A stretch of 64,000 bases of DNA from NCBI GenBank assembly GCA_026770705.1, contig JANJGN010000049.1, positions 1,116,001 through 1,180,000 of the forward strand, given 5' to 3'. Positions 1 to 11,589 of the stretch are shown here, one piece after another; the stretch's first letter is position 1; every line of letters begins with the position of its first letter. The notes under the pieces were generated by a model that was not told where the DNA came from, searched no databases, and saw nothing but the letters and a program-made list of their open reading frames with translations. This DNA comes from Isurus oxyrinchus (lineage: Eukaryota). Both the position numbers and the translations under genes were made by a program.

Positions 1-131
1 CGGGTGAACATACACCACACAGACGGTAGCAGTTCAAGAAGGTAGGTCACCAGGACCTTGTCAAGGGCAATTACGTATGGGCAATAGATGCTGGCCTCGT
101 CAGCCACGCTCGCCCTCCCGTGAAGGAATAA
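1..131 (+). mobile_element. 3' tail of a non-LTR retrotransposon (CR1/L2-group), inside the intron of the minus-strand GPCR copy
   Basis: TTCAAGAAGG...TCAAGGGCAATTACGTATGGGCAATAGATGCTGGCC matches the tail at 1238-1300, 40380-40430 and, inverted, at 9020-9090 and 42540-42610. Confidence 0.7.
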
Positions 132-498
132 TTAGGGTAAATGTCGTATTTAGTAGGGGAAAATACACTATTATATGCAAAGAAAATCTATAACGGTAAA
201 GGGATTAAACGTCGCAGTTAAATTTGAGAGATTACAACATAAATGACGACAACCTATGTCAGTAAAAGCAAGAATTTATATCGTTAAAACAGAGATTTCA
301 TGCTGATGGAACAAGCCAGAAAATCAATATTGGAAAGGAGGGCAATTTGCAGCAATTCAAATGGAGAAATTCTCCAGTTCAAGGAGCTAATATGCTGAGC
401 AGACGTGATACCATGGATTAGTGCCGCTGGTAATTGACAGCAGTAATGAAGCTAATGATTCCTGTAACTAAAACTAAAACTCAAGTACAATACTTCAC

Positions 499-568
499 CT
501 GAAACCCCGAGAGCTGCAAGGACAGGGTAGTGAATGGCAAACAGCAGGCCCTTTGGTGATCCATGCAT
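499..568 (-). CDS. Exon 1 of GPR139-like GPCR copy 0 (exon 2 would lie left of the window)
   Basis: Reverse strand reads MHGSPKGLLFAIHYPVLAALGVS+G over 70 nt, followed by a GTGAAG donor at 498. Same length, phase and sequence type as the four plus-strand first exons. Functional status cannot be judged here. Confidence 0.85.
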
Positions 569-760
569 TTCTGACGGAATCGCTCAAAGCGTTGAGTATT
601 CAGTCAAAGTTTGTCAAATTTATATTCATTGGCAGGCTCCAGGGAGATGATGACATGATTTGCATTTTTTTAACATTTATTGCGCTGAAGTAAACAAACA
701 GATTTTTTGCAGCTGCTGTCGGACCCTTGTTTATTCTTTGATGCAATTGAATTTTTTTTC
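569..760 (-). promoter_or_regulatory. Proximal promoter of GPCR copy 0
   Basis: On the minus strand: CAGCTG (710-715), TCATCA-TCTCCCTGGAGCC (about 635-653) and TATAAAT (618-624), at the same offsets from ATG as in the other copies. Confidence 0.7.
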
Positions 761-959
761 AAGGGATCTCACACGGCTCTAATTGAAATTCTCCTGGGCG
801 GCAGCACAATTCTGGTGACATATTTATTTTCTAAAAAGAAGGAAAATCCAAATGGGCGCCTGCAATGGTGAAATTGCGCATTAAGCGGGAGGAACTCGGG
901 TCCTGAACTCCTCAAAGCTGAGGGTGAGAGAGTGAGATAAGGAAATGCTCCTGCACCTG

Positions 960-1310
960 TGATGCCCAGGCCAGTAACCTGTCGATATGGGAGACAAAAC
1001 CCTGATGATAGATGTCAAAATTTGAATTGAATTAATAATACCTGGCATTGAAAGCTACTCAGAGGTATTGGCGGCATTAAAGCCATGACCTATTGCTGTA
1101 AAATCCTATATGGTTCGCTAATCACTTCCCCTGAGGGAACAAAACCTGCCACCCTTAGCCTACATGTGACTCTTGACCCACAACACTGCGGTTGACCCTT
1201 AATGGCCCTCTTATTTTACCAGAAAGGCGAAAGTATCAAGGGCAATTAGGAATGAGCAATAAATTCTGATCTTGCTAGCGATGCCAGCAACCGATGAAAC
1301 GAAAAAGAAA
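960..1310 (+). mobile_element. SINE-like element sharing its 3' tail with the CR1/L2-group LINE
   Basis: Body TGGTTCGCTAATC...CCTACATGTGACTC...GGTTGAC plus the AAGGGCAATTAGG tail. Four more copies occur in the window. Confidence 0.7.
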
Positions 1311-1399
1311 GGAAAGTTGTTTCAGCAGAAGGTATAGCTGACGAGCAGTATCATTTACCTAATGGAAAACGCAGCCAAATTCACCTTCCTGGTCATTAT

Positions 1400-3010
1400 T
1401 CAGTCCGTGTGACCATGGATCAACACAATGTGGTTCCAAACTTCTCTGTGACTTTGCACACCCTGTAGCAGAACTGGTTCTGGACTCATTGTGGGCAGAT
1501 CCATTTAATTACCACTATTTTCGGCGTTCACTGACCAGTTCTGCATTAGCTCTTTGATTCCGGTCATTTCCTGGTCATTGCTGATGTATTCAATTTGCAC
1601 AGCCCCAGTTCCTGGTGATCACGCTCTTTTCAGTACATGTGAATTTGTTATGACGATAACTCTTTCAACATTGTTGCATTCAGGTCTTGATCACCCTCTT
1701 AAAGTTCATTGCAAGCTGGCTAAGGTCGGCATACATGGATTTGGTGTGCACAAGCTGAAATATTTGCGGATACATTCACTATGTAATGCTTCATCCCAGC
1801 AGATTTTCATGCATTAAGGAGCTGGTCTATTTCACCATGCTTAAAATCAGTATGGAGAGTTCCAATTAACATTCAATTAGGGCAAATAGATTTCAGAACA
1901 GGGAGTTTATAGTCACAGCAGAAAAGTCCAGCTCGGCACGGACAAATTTGGAGCAAGTTCAGCAAGGTAAAAGTCATTGTGGACTAATCCCGTTCAGCAA
2001 GGTGACTTTTCAGGTCGACTGGAATAGTCCAGTTAATTTATTTACAGTGTTAAAATAAATCATATTTGTTCAATACGATTTCACCTTGCCCTACCAAGAC
2101 TAGCATGCAGCGATTGCATTCAGTGCATGCAGTTTCAGTTTAACACGGTAACATTCAGCCTGCACAGATCGAGGTCCAAAAAACCATGGCTTAAGTCGAT
2201 AGGATCCTCTTCAATAATGTGATAAACTCTGCAAGCCACGAAAAGCCTGCAGTTTTGAGAAATGCCTAGCCAAAGTAAATTTAAGATAATTCTAGAAAAC
2301 TGGTTTTAACTGGATTTCCTGCTTTGGAATTCATTTGTAAGAAGTGATCGGCTAACCTGCTGTTCCACTGGAAATGAAGTAGTCCAGCCATTGTTGGTCC
2401 ACATTACCACGTCCTTTAGCTTTGTTTTTTACCATCATCCACTTTGTTATTAATCTCCCCTGCATTCCACTACATCACACAACTTCCACTTGTGATATTC
2501 CCTTCCCACTCCCACCCTTTGACTGCCTAAATAATGCACTTAAACCTGTTACGTTTCTCATTTATTGAATCTCTGATAAACAATAATGGAACTGAAACGT
2601 CAAATTAGTTTCTGTTCACAGAAGATACCTGGCCTCATTTATGTTTCCTGGATTTTGTTTCTCATATTATTGCATTTGGCATGGCAACATTCAGTGTAGA
2701 AATGACTAGATAGAGAAGGCTATATTCCAGCTGTTAGGCTCTAAACTCTAGCCTTCAGCGGGTTAGTCCAATTTAGTTCCATTCAGTGTGGACATGCCAT
2801 GCCTGCCTATAGTGAATGTGCAACGGTACGGTTGTACCGCTTTACGTTTAGTGGGCAATAATCTTTTCAGCATGGCTGTGTTTGGTACTGACTGCTTCAC
2901 ACTGACGTCCAGTGGAGACAGGCCCAACTGAGTATTTTTCAAATTGTTTTGCACCAGTCCAGGTTAGTTGGATAGGAACGTTCCATTCAGCATTTTACGT
3001 TCATAGAGTA
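1400..3010 (-). repeat. Highly degenerate 35-bp repeat field upstream of copy 0, interrupted by a Penelope end
   Basis: About 1978-2012 TGTGGACTAATCCCGTTCAGCAAGGTGACTTTTCAG matches the reverse complement of the 35-mer (TGTGGACTGGTTCAGTTCAGCATGGTGACATTCAG). Further hits near 2130-2165 and 2775-2795. Confidence 0.6.
2380..2670 (+). mobile_element. Penelope-like element 3' remnant
   Basis: Pyrimidine-rich tract, then CTGATAAA...CTGAAACGTCAA...CACAGAAGATACCTGGCC, homologous to the arms of the palindromes at 11590 and 36880. Confidence 0.5.
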
Positions 3011-3449
3011 CAGGTGAAAGCCCCCATTTGCCTCGTTGCACAAAAACTGGACTTCTGGAGAAAACAGGCCTTAACAGAAAAGGACCTGATGGATAATGCC
3101 CATCCTCTGAAGAGGGTTCAGAGGAGCAATCAGAGGACGAGTTGGAGGAGCCAGAACAACTGGCAGCAGATGCCGAGCGGCAAATTGACTGAGACACCTC
3201 AGCCTTAGAGTGTAGCAGACATCTGTAGAAAAAAATAAATCGTGTTATGGATCTTTGCTGTGTCAATGCAAATTACATGACCAAAAAGGAAGACCATTAT
3301 TCATACGTCAAATGAAATCCAAAGAAAATTGAGCGCCTCTGGGGTAACAAAGGCTTACAAGTTACTGCCTAACAGCCACTCAAGCCAGTATGCTTGCCTG
3401 AAACAAGTCACTTAACTTAGTTAAACATTTAGTCTTTGATAAAGAGAAT

Positions 3450-6400
3450 CAATAATTAATGTTACATACCAATGGTTGGCGGGATATGTGACACATTGGA
3501 GGCCAAGGTGAAAGCATTCAAGTTGCAGCCCTGTTTCAACCAATTCTACCACCACCACGCACAGCAGGTATGGATACAACATTCTCGTACCACTGATTTG
3601 ATCAAGTAACAACATCATGCCTGAAGACAGAAAGCATTGAAGTCAGAAACAAGGGTTTTTTTCAAGACTGGCATTGCCTGTTATATCTGCTTACGTTGTA
3701 GCTGATCAAAACATCCTTGCTACATTATCCATTGAGGTGCAATGTGATATCCTCCGCCTGCAGGAGACACATACAGGGAGTGAGAACAACTGCCCAAAAA
3801 TAACAGGAACGTTCCTGGTTAATGAAAGACCTCATCGACAATATGGCAGTGCTGTATTTGTTAGAGCTGGTTCAGTTGTAGAAACCACTTCGAAAACAGA
3901 GGAGGACAGCATCGAAATTATAACTGTAGAGCTGAGCAAAGTAGTAGTGACCTCAGTGTACAAGCCACCTGGCACAGATATCAGCTTCTCTAACCCTTTA
4001 CCCAACTGCACAGTAATCCACAGATCATCATTGGAGACTTTAATAGCTACAGTACCCAATGGGAGTACAAGGGGTCTAATAGCGATGGAGAAGCAGTCGA
4101 AGAATGGATGGACGCTAACCAGCTTAGCATGATCCTCGATCCGGAAGTACTAGCCCTTTTCCACTGTGCCCGCTGGAAGTGTAGTTATAACCCAGATCTT
4201 GCCATTGTCAGCAACGACATTGCTGACATCTGCAAGAAGCTTGTCGCAGAGACAAAACCACAGACACAACACCGGCCTATTGGTATCTAGGTAATTGCAG
4301 CAGTGTTATCAACTGTCGTACAATTCAAAAGGTGCTTCAGCTTCAAGAAGGCCGATTGGAACGGCTTCATACGAGCACTTGACTGTAAGGTTAACGCATT
4401 AAACCATTATCTGAGCACTACAACCTGTTTGCAAAAGCTGTTCAGAAAGCAACTAGAAGGAATATCCTCCGAGGTTGTAGAGCACACTACATCTCTGGTC
4501 TCACCAAGGAGAATGCTGAACTCTACTGGGAGTATGCCTCAGTGTTTGAATCTGACCCCTTCTCAGAGGATTCAATACCTACCGGTGAGAGGGTGATATT
4601 AGGTATCTCCCAAGAGCGTCAAACCATCTGGGACACCTTGATAGAGACAACAGTTCTTAGAAAAAAACAGCAAGAAGGCATGGTCTCTCATATGCAAACT
4701 TGGAGGCAATCCCAAGAAAGCTGCTCAACATCCAAATGTGCCTGCAAACCAAGTTGCACACCAATTGCTCCTAAATGGAAAAATCAACAAGAAACAACCA
4801 AAAGCACAACTAGATAGGAAGAAGGACAGCAATGACCCTGGATTCACTGGACCATTCACCAAAATGGAACCATTCACCACGCTGTAAAATGGTATATCTA
4901 CTCTACAACAGGGGAAAGCAATTGCTCTTGACAACATAGCAATGGAGCAGATAAAGCATTTTGTACAGGAAGCAAAGAAATAACTCCTACAATTGTTTAA
5001 CCACTGCCTGGCAACACACAAGCTACCTAATATTTGACAGAAGGCACATGTAATAGCACTATTAAAGCCCGTAAAAGATCCCTCAGATCCTAAGAATTCT
5101 TAGCCAATCTCATTGTTTTGCCACACCAATAAGCTGTTTGAAAGCCTGATACTCAATAGGATAGCGCCAACTGTAGATGAGAAGATGATTCCAGAGCAAG
5201 CAGGTTTCCACCCCGGCAAATCAACGAGTCAACTGCTCAACCTCACACAGCATATCTAAGATGGTTTTGAGCAAGGGCTGGTAACAGGTGCTGTTTTTGT
5301 AGACCTGTCAGCAGCATACGATGCAGTGAACCATAGACGTCTCCTCTGCAAGATCCTAGAGATGACAAAAGATATTCACTTATCAGAGCTGTTAGAACGC
5401 ATGCTTCAGAATCGCTGGTTCGATGTTGAACTAGGTGGGAAGCGCAGCAGATGGCATATTCAGAAGATTGGTCTCCCTCAGGGAAGCGTGCTTGCACCAC
5501 TGCTGTACAACATCTCGAATGACCAACCTATAGACAGTGTAACACACCGTTTCATATATGGTAATGATTTATGTGTCACTGCCCAAAGCACTGTTTTAAG
5601 ACCGTGGAAAAATCGCTTTCTGTGGCCTTGGAGGGACGAACATCCTACTATGAAGAAAACCAACTTTGCGCAAACCCTTCAAAGACGCAGGTTTGTGCAT
5701 TCCACCTCAAAAACCGTGAAGCCAAATGTCAGCTTAAAGTAACCTGATGTGGAGCAATACTGACGGATTTCGAGCACCCAATTTACTTAGGAGTCACCCT
5801 TTACAGGTGCCTCACCTTCAAGCACCACATCGAAAAGACAAAGGCAAAAGTGAGCACACGAAACAACATTCTGAACAAGCTCACTATCACAAAATGGGGA
5901 GCAAGCACGAAAACATTGCGAACCAGTACACTTATTCTTTGCTATTCTACTGCTAAATACACCTACCCTGCATGGGAAATATCTACTCATGCTAAGAAGA
6001 TGGATGCCGTTCTCAATGCAAGCTGCCGACGTATCACAGGTTGTATAAAACCAACAAACACCAACAGCCTATATATCCTGGCCGGTATCCCCCCCACTCA
6101 TATAAGAAGAAAGAAAGAAAGCAAGAAAGAGCGACTTCGTCAAACATCAGAAGAGAGGCACCCTCTACATGGTCATACACCTACAACCAGCAGCCTAAAG
6201 TCAGGGAAGACCTTCATGAACAGTATTGTTCCATTACAATCAATCCGACCTGAAGCCCGCATCGCCTTGTGGAAACATCGACACTCCAGTCTCGAACAAC
6301 CCCCAGCGATGGAAATTGTACCGGATGAAAGCCTTCCCCCAGGGGCTAACTGCAACAGGGCAACCTGGAAGTGCCTTAATAGGCTTAGGACTGGCGTAGG

Positions 6401-6610
6401 TCGTTCAAAGGCAAATGGGGATATACAGCCAGCTCGACAACTTGTGAATGTGGAACTGAACCACAGACTGTGCAACATCTCCTGCAATACCTACCGCTAC
6501 GGGAACCCTGCACTGTTACAGAGCTTGCCGAATTCAACAACAGGCACAAAAATGTGTCCAGATCTAGCTGGGCCATGCACAGACTGTCCATAGACACAAT
6601 AAGTAGAAGT
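3450..6610 (+). mobile_element. Near full-length, decayed Vingi-like (Ingi/I-group) non-LTR retrotransposon with APE endonuclease and RT
   Basis: Broken single ORF from about 3617: CDIL-LQETH, VYKPP, YNPDL (APE); GLPQGSVLAPLLYNI, RFIYGND (RT); RNNILNKL-KWGA, RRITGCIKPT, ERHPLHGH, LNRLRTGVGRSK; ends GACACAATAAGTAGAAG. About 3 kb with no ORF1 or RNase H. The 5' boundary is approximate and the clade is assigned from recalled motifs. Confidence 0.8.
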
Positions 6611-6754
6611 CACACAGAAACAAAAGACATAAACTAGCCATTCTCCCCACGTGCATCCAATGTGATTCATGAACTTACGAACATCCGAAATAGGAACATG
6701 ATTAGGCCACTCGGCCTCTGGACGAAAGCATCAGTTATGTTTCAACCAACTCAC

Positions 6755-7690
6755 CTCTTGCTCTTAACATGTAGCCAGGTAGATGCCAGAGTGTAGCAAT
6801 ATGGAACTAGTTGACTCGGGGCGGGGCAAGTGCTGGAGCACAAGTCTGGCTGAGGATGGTTGCAAAATCTTCAGCATTGTCTTTAACACTGATGTGCTGG
6901 GTTCTCCCATCATCAAGGATGGGGATACTTGTGCTGCCTCCTTCAGATAGTTATTTAATAGTCCAGTACCATTCACAACTGGATGTGCAGGACTGTGCAG
7001 TATTTTCTACTGCTAAACCTGTCATGCACAGATGCAGCTGGGAGACATATGTTTGTAAGGGCGAAGTAAAATAATTCCTTCAGCATCTGCTGCAGACCCA
7101 ATAGAGCAATTATATCATTTAGCACTCTGCCAGTCCGGTCAATATTGGTGCTACAGAGACATTATTGGTGTTGAACACTGAAGTCCCCAACGCAGAGTCA
7201 ATTATGTTCTCTTTCCACCCTCAGTGCATCTTGCAAGTAATGTTCAACATTGAGTAGTACAAAATGATCAGCTGAGGGGTTGGGAAGTGTGAGGGTGTTG
7301 GGTTGGTGGTAATCAAAAGGAGTTTTACTTGAACATGTTTGGCCTGGTGCCATGAGACTTCATGGGGCCCGGAGTCGATGTTGATGTTTCCCAGGGAAAG
7401 TCCCACGTGACTGTTTAGCACCGGGCAGCCACCTCTGGCAAGTCTGTCCTGTCGGTGATACAAGACATACACAGGGATGGTGTTGGTGCTGCCTGCAACA
7501 AGATGTGAAGTGTGGTCAGCGAAGATCAGTATGCCAGCAATACGTTCCTTGGCCGGCCTGTGGGACAGCTCTCCAAAATTTGTTACAAGCCCCATATATA
7601 TATATGGACGACTTTGCAGCGCCGGCAGGGCTGGTTATGTTGTTGTTCTTTCTGGTTCGCAAGTCGATGCAAGGTTGTCCGTCTGAGTTC
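6755..7690 (-). mobile_element. Internal fragments of a CR1/L2-group LINE (endonuclease and linker region)
   Basis: Minus strand gives YVLYHRQDRLARGG, GPHEVSWHQAKH-LLLITT and a W-TIK-L-EGGSTSIPILDDG-like stretch. Confidence 0.65.
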
Positions 7691-8010
7691 AGTCATTATA
7701 GACTTTCTAGCTGTTCTGATACAGCTAAGTGAATTGATGAATTATTTCAGAGCGCGTTTAAAAGACAACCCCATTGTTATGGGTCGGGAGTCACATGTAC
7801 TTCAGATCAAGGAGCGGCGGCAGATTGCGTTTCCTAAAGGACATTCGTGATCTAGATGGGTTGTTTTAAAAGGCAAACAGCAACAGTGCCTTGATGAACA
7901 TGTGCTTAGCTTTTCCTTCCAGATTTATTAATTGCATGAAAATTCCACTAGAACTCTTGATGAGATTTCAATTCGTGTCCTGCGTATATTTGCTTTGGTC
8001 TTTGGATTAA
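7690..8010 (-). mobile_element. SINE-like element (family of 960-1310)
   Basis: GGAGTCACATGTAC...GGCAGATTGCGTTTCCTAAAGGACATTCGTGATCTAGATGGG is the inverted SINE body. Confidence 0.65.
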
Positions 8011-8100
8011 TAGCCAAGTGGTTATGGTACTGGGTTTGTAACCCCAAGATCGAGAGTTCAAATCTCACAATGGCAAACTATGAAACAATGTAACTTCATC
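8010..8100 (+). mobile_element. tRNA-derived SINE head
   Basis: A-box-like TAGCCAAGTGG and B-box-like GAGTTCAAATC, without a full cloverleaf. Confidence 0.5.
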
Positions 8101-8119
8101 TGAAACAGATGGAAATGGG

Positions 8120-8960
8120 TTTGTACTCGAAAGAGTATCAATACTCTTCCAACACCTGCGTGGTGAAAGCTGGGTCTTCGGGGCTGTCAGCTGCATGTTC
8201 CATGGATCAGCTTTTGGAAAACAAATGCAAGGCGCCAGAATGACTTCATGCTCACACGTGGTCTCCAAGGAGAAAACCGTTTCTTTCCGTATAATCTCGG
8301 CATGGAAACCGTTGACCAGTGTCACAACCTTCCTTATTTCAGCGGACACACCAACATTCCTCCCTCTGCCAATGCTCCAAAGTGGTAAGTGCTACACGCA
8401 GGACCTCAAAACAACCAGCGGCCCTCATATGTACCTCTTTCCCTAAGAAAAATGGTGCCCCTCACAACATCCAGCCCAAGCACCGAAATCCAGCCTCTGT
8501 CCGGCCAAATGTTCTGCAGTCTTAAAGATTGGGCAGCTCAAGAATCTGCTTCATCATGAAGATCAGGGTAGTCATGTTGTTCTCACCTGCACTGGGTATC
8601 CACTGCTCCCGGCTGTCATGTCTCATTTTCTCTTGCAGAGGAAAGGACAGATGGTATGTGAGACGGAAATTTATATTTCATTTATGTACTCAACATGCCG
8701 GCCTGTAGATCTAAACTTTTGTTTTTTGTTATCACGTCCTTTCATCTTAAAGTCCTTTTCCTCCCTGAAGCAACACCAGGTGGCTTGGCTGCTTAGTGAA
8801 CACTTCTGAATGGTTTAAATCTGAACCCAGAACACAGTCGCCACCCATTGACCAGGACCACCAATTCCTGATATGTGTGCTCAAATCAGGAAGAAAATGC
8901 TAGCCAGGGGCTTTAACTGAATGTATAAGCTCATTCAGGACCTTACAGAAATGCTGACCT
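8120..8960 (+). mobile_element. Penelope-like element fragment (RT C-terminus and GIY-YIG region, decayed)
   Basis: Degenerate coding-like sequence including ATCCACTGCTCCCGG (IHCSR) and a terminal CCAGGGGCTTTAACTGAA (PxGLN-like). Confidence 0.45.
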
Positions 8961-9009
8961 CCTGTCCGAACTCCATCCAGCCTTGCATGATCTTATGGCG
9001 AGGCCATCT

Positions 9010-9370
9010 TTTTTTAATATTCTTTCATGGGATGTGGGTGTCGCCGGCTAGGCCAGCATTTACTGCTCATACGTAATTGTCATTGTTCAGAAAGCATTTA
9101 AGAGTCAACGACATTACTGGTGGGCCTGAGCCAGGAGTCATCCGTAGGCCAAGCACGAGCTAAGGGCGGCCGATTTCCTTCCCTAAAGGACATTAGTAAA
9201 CCAGATAGGATTTTACAACATCATCAGCCTTTTAATTTCAGATCTTTATCGAATTCAAATTTCACTGTCTGTCAGGGTGGGTGCGGACCTGGTTCCCGCG
9301 TCCCAACAGCATTAACTTGGGTCTCTGAAACACGAGCACAGAGACAATGCCACAGCAACACGGCCTCCCT
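9010..9370 (-). mobile_element. SINE-like element (family of 960-1310)
   Basis: TTCATGGGATGTGGGTGTCGCCGGCTAGGCCAGCATTTA...GATTTCCTTCCCTAAAGGACATTAGTAAACCA, the best preserved inverted copy. Confidence 0.75.
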
Positions 9371-9619
9371 GTGCTGGGTCTTCATGGAGATCCGGAATTT
9401 AAAAAAAAACTGTAACATGATGGAAACACTCAGATGGTCTGAAAACATCTCTACTGAGAATTTCAAGTAAATTGCACTTTATTGCTGAAAAGCACAATCT
9501 CTCTGACGTGGGATCAACCATTCTGCCAATAACGGTGAGGAGTTAGGCCTGCCCACGCTCAAATTAAAGGCAGTGAATAGAGCATTTTCAACACAGAATG
9601 TCAGCGTGTGGATCTTGGG

Positions 9620-10080
9620 CTGTATCTGAGACGTAATGTAACCACACTGAACTGAAAGTGTAAACGCTGATTAGAATCATGTTCATCTGGACTTGTCAAC
9701 ACTGAATGTAACCGTGCTGAACTGGAGCAGTCCAAGCTCAATGCAGCCGAGCTGAACTGGAGCAGGACACCATGAATGCGACAGTCCTGAACTGGGCCAC
9801 GGCAGAAGAATATAAACGCGCTGAACTGGGCCGGGACACAATGAATATTACTACTCTGAACTGAAGTGGACTCGTCATTACTGAATGCAAATTTACTGAC
9901 TTGGAGCTGTCCAGGAGAAATATGCCAATGGCGAACTGGACAATTCTACACTGAATATAATTATCCTGAGCTGAAACTCGACCTTTCCGTTTTAAATATA
10001 ACCATACTGAATTAAACATAGTTATGCTAAAGCAGATGCACAATAACTGCTTTCCATATGTGCGGTGATCACACGGACTG
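9620..10080 (+). repeat. Degenerate 35-bp tandem repeat upstream of GPCR copy 1
   Basis: CTGAACTG recurs at about 9647, 9717, 9752, 9787, 9822 and 9856. The unit ACTGAATGTAACCGTGCTGAACTGGAGCAGTCCA matches the 55.6-59.3 kb array. Confidence 0.85.
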
Positions 10081-10329
10081 AAAAAATGATTTGGTTGGGG
10101 TTTTGACTGTGTTAATTTTTCGGACTGGAATATCTCTGATCAGTTCTCTTTTGTGCTGAGACCGCGTCATTCAGCACTAAGGAGCTTGAACCCGCTAATT
10201 CATAATGTCCAACGTTCACTTTAATCATTGCAACTGCTTTTAAAGCTTTTTATTACCGTTCATGGACAAATAAACATGACATCGTTAGAAAGCCTCAGCT
10301 ATTTCAGTATTAAACTGATCTCAAAAAAA

Positions 10330-10507
10330 TCATCCCATCAAAAGACAAGCATACACCTGGTAACAGCTGCAATTATATATTCTTTTCAATCAATATAATT
10401 AATTAAAAATAATAATGCATCTAATTATGTCCCTGGAGCCTGGCATTTAGCATAAATGTGACAGTTTTGCAGAATAGTAGAGAATGCGCTCGAAACTTCT
10501 GTCAGAA
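10330..10507 (+). promoter_or_regulatory. Proximal promoter of GPCR copy 1
   Basis: CAGCTG 10364-10369, TAATTAATTA about 10397, TAATTA 10422-10427 followed by TG-TCCCTGGAGCC, and CATAAAT at 10451. Conserved across paralogs. Confidence 0.75.
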
Positions 10508-10577
10508 ATGCACGGAGCACCAAAAGGTCTGGCTTTTGCCATTTTCTATCCTTTCCTGGCAGCTGTCGGGATTCCAG
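10508..10577 (+). CDS. GPR139/GPR142-like class A GPCR copy 1, exon 1 (N-terminus and first half of TM1)
   Basis: ATG at 10508, MHGAPKGLAFAIFYPFLAAVGIP+G, GTAAAG donor at 10578. The phase-1 junction joins in frame to 12830. Confidence 0.9.
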
Positions 10578-10649
10578 GTAAAGTATTGTTGGCAGTTACT
10601 ACCTTACCGTATCACTGAATAGCTATTTTAATGGTTCCATCCAGCAGTA

Positions 10650-11000
10650 ACTCTTCCTCCATGGTACAATATGCCTCCTCCATTTAAAGTGATAATTTAC
10701 CTGTCTTTTATTTACTTTTTAACTGAGCACTTTCTCTCCTTATAGCGGGCATAATTGGGCTTAATTTAAAGTATAATTTTAACACTTTAAATATTAATGC
10801 TAACTTTCTCAATGTTAACGCTATAATTAATTTCTTTTGATGACACGATTTCTCACCTTTAACGGTGTCCTTTCAAACAATTCACCAACATGTTTTTCTT
10901 CACCCTACCGGTGTAACATTTTCCTTTGTAATATTATACTGTAATTCTTAACCAATACCACTCCGCCCCTTTAATTATACAATTCCTACTATTACCATAG
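10650..11000 (+). repeat. Degenerate 22-bp repeat at the 5' end of the copy 1 intron
   Basis: Consecutive 22-mers CGCTATAATTAATTTCTTTTGA / TGACACGATTTCTCACCTTTAA / CGGTGTCCTTTCAAACAATTCA. Confidence 0.6.
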
Positions 11001-11589
11001 CATCACACGTGTAAATATATTTTCTTGCGTTATTGGCATTGTTGCTGTGGGTAAAGTGTCACATTATTAACCAAATGTAAGCGTAGTTTGATTATGTTAT
11101 TAGCATTGTTAGTTTTGGTGGATTAACACATGGTTATCTCGGTGTACAAATAGCTCTCAAGCGTCTTTTTTTGTATCGACAATAATTAATATCCACAAAT
11201 ACATTTCTGATTTAAATTGTTTAACCATTAAATTATTCTCGGTTGAATTTTAGGCATGAATTTATTGACAGAACATTATTCGATATCGATGTTTAACAGA
11301 AATCTAAGCTATGTGACAATTATCCATTTTCTCAGTCAGTCTGTGTTGTTTTCCCAATCTCACAGTCGCTGTGCTTTTGCTCCCAGTTTCTAACATTCAA
11401 TAGTTAAGGCCAGTTCTTGCTTTCCGCATTACTGCTGCTGAATGTTCCAAAATGAGCCCTGCTGGATTCTAGTGTTCTTTCTGTTCCTAACACCAGGAAA
11501 GTTCCGGGAATATATCCGTTTCACTATTTCATCAACATTACGTGAGGTTGTTTGAATTTCAGCATCTCTCTTATCCGAGTTAAAAAATA

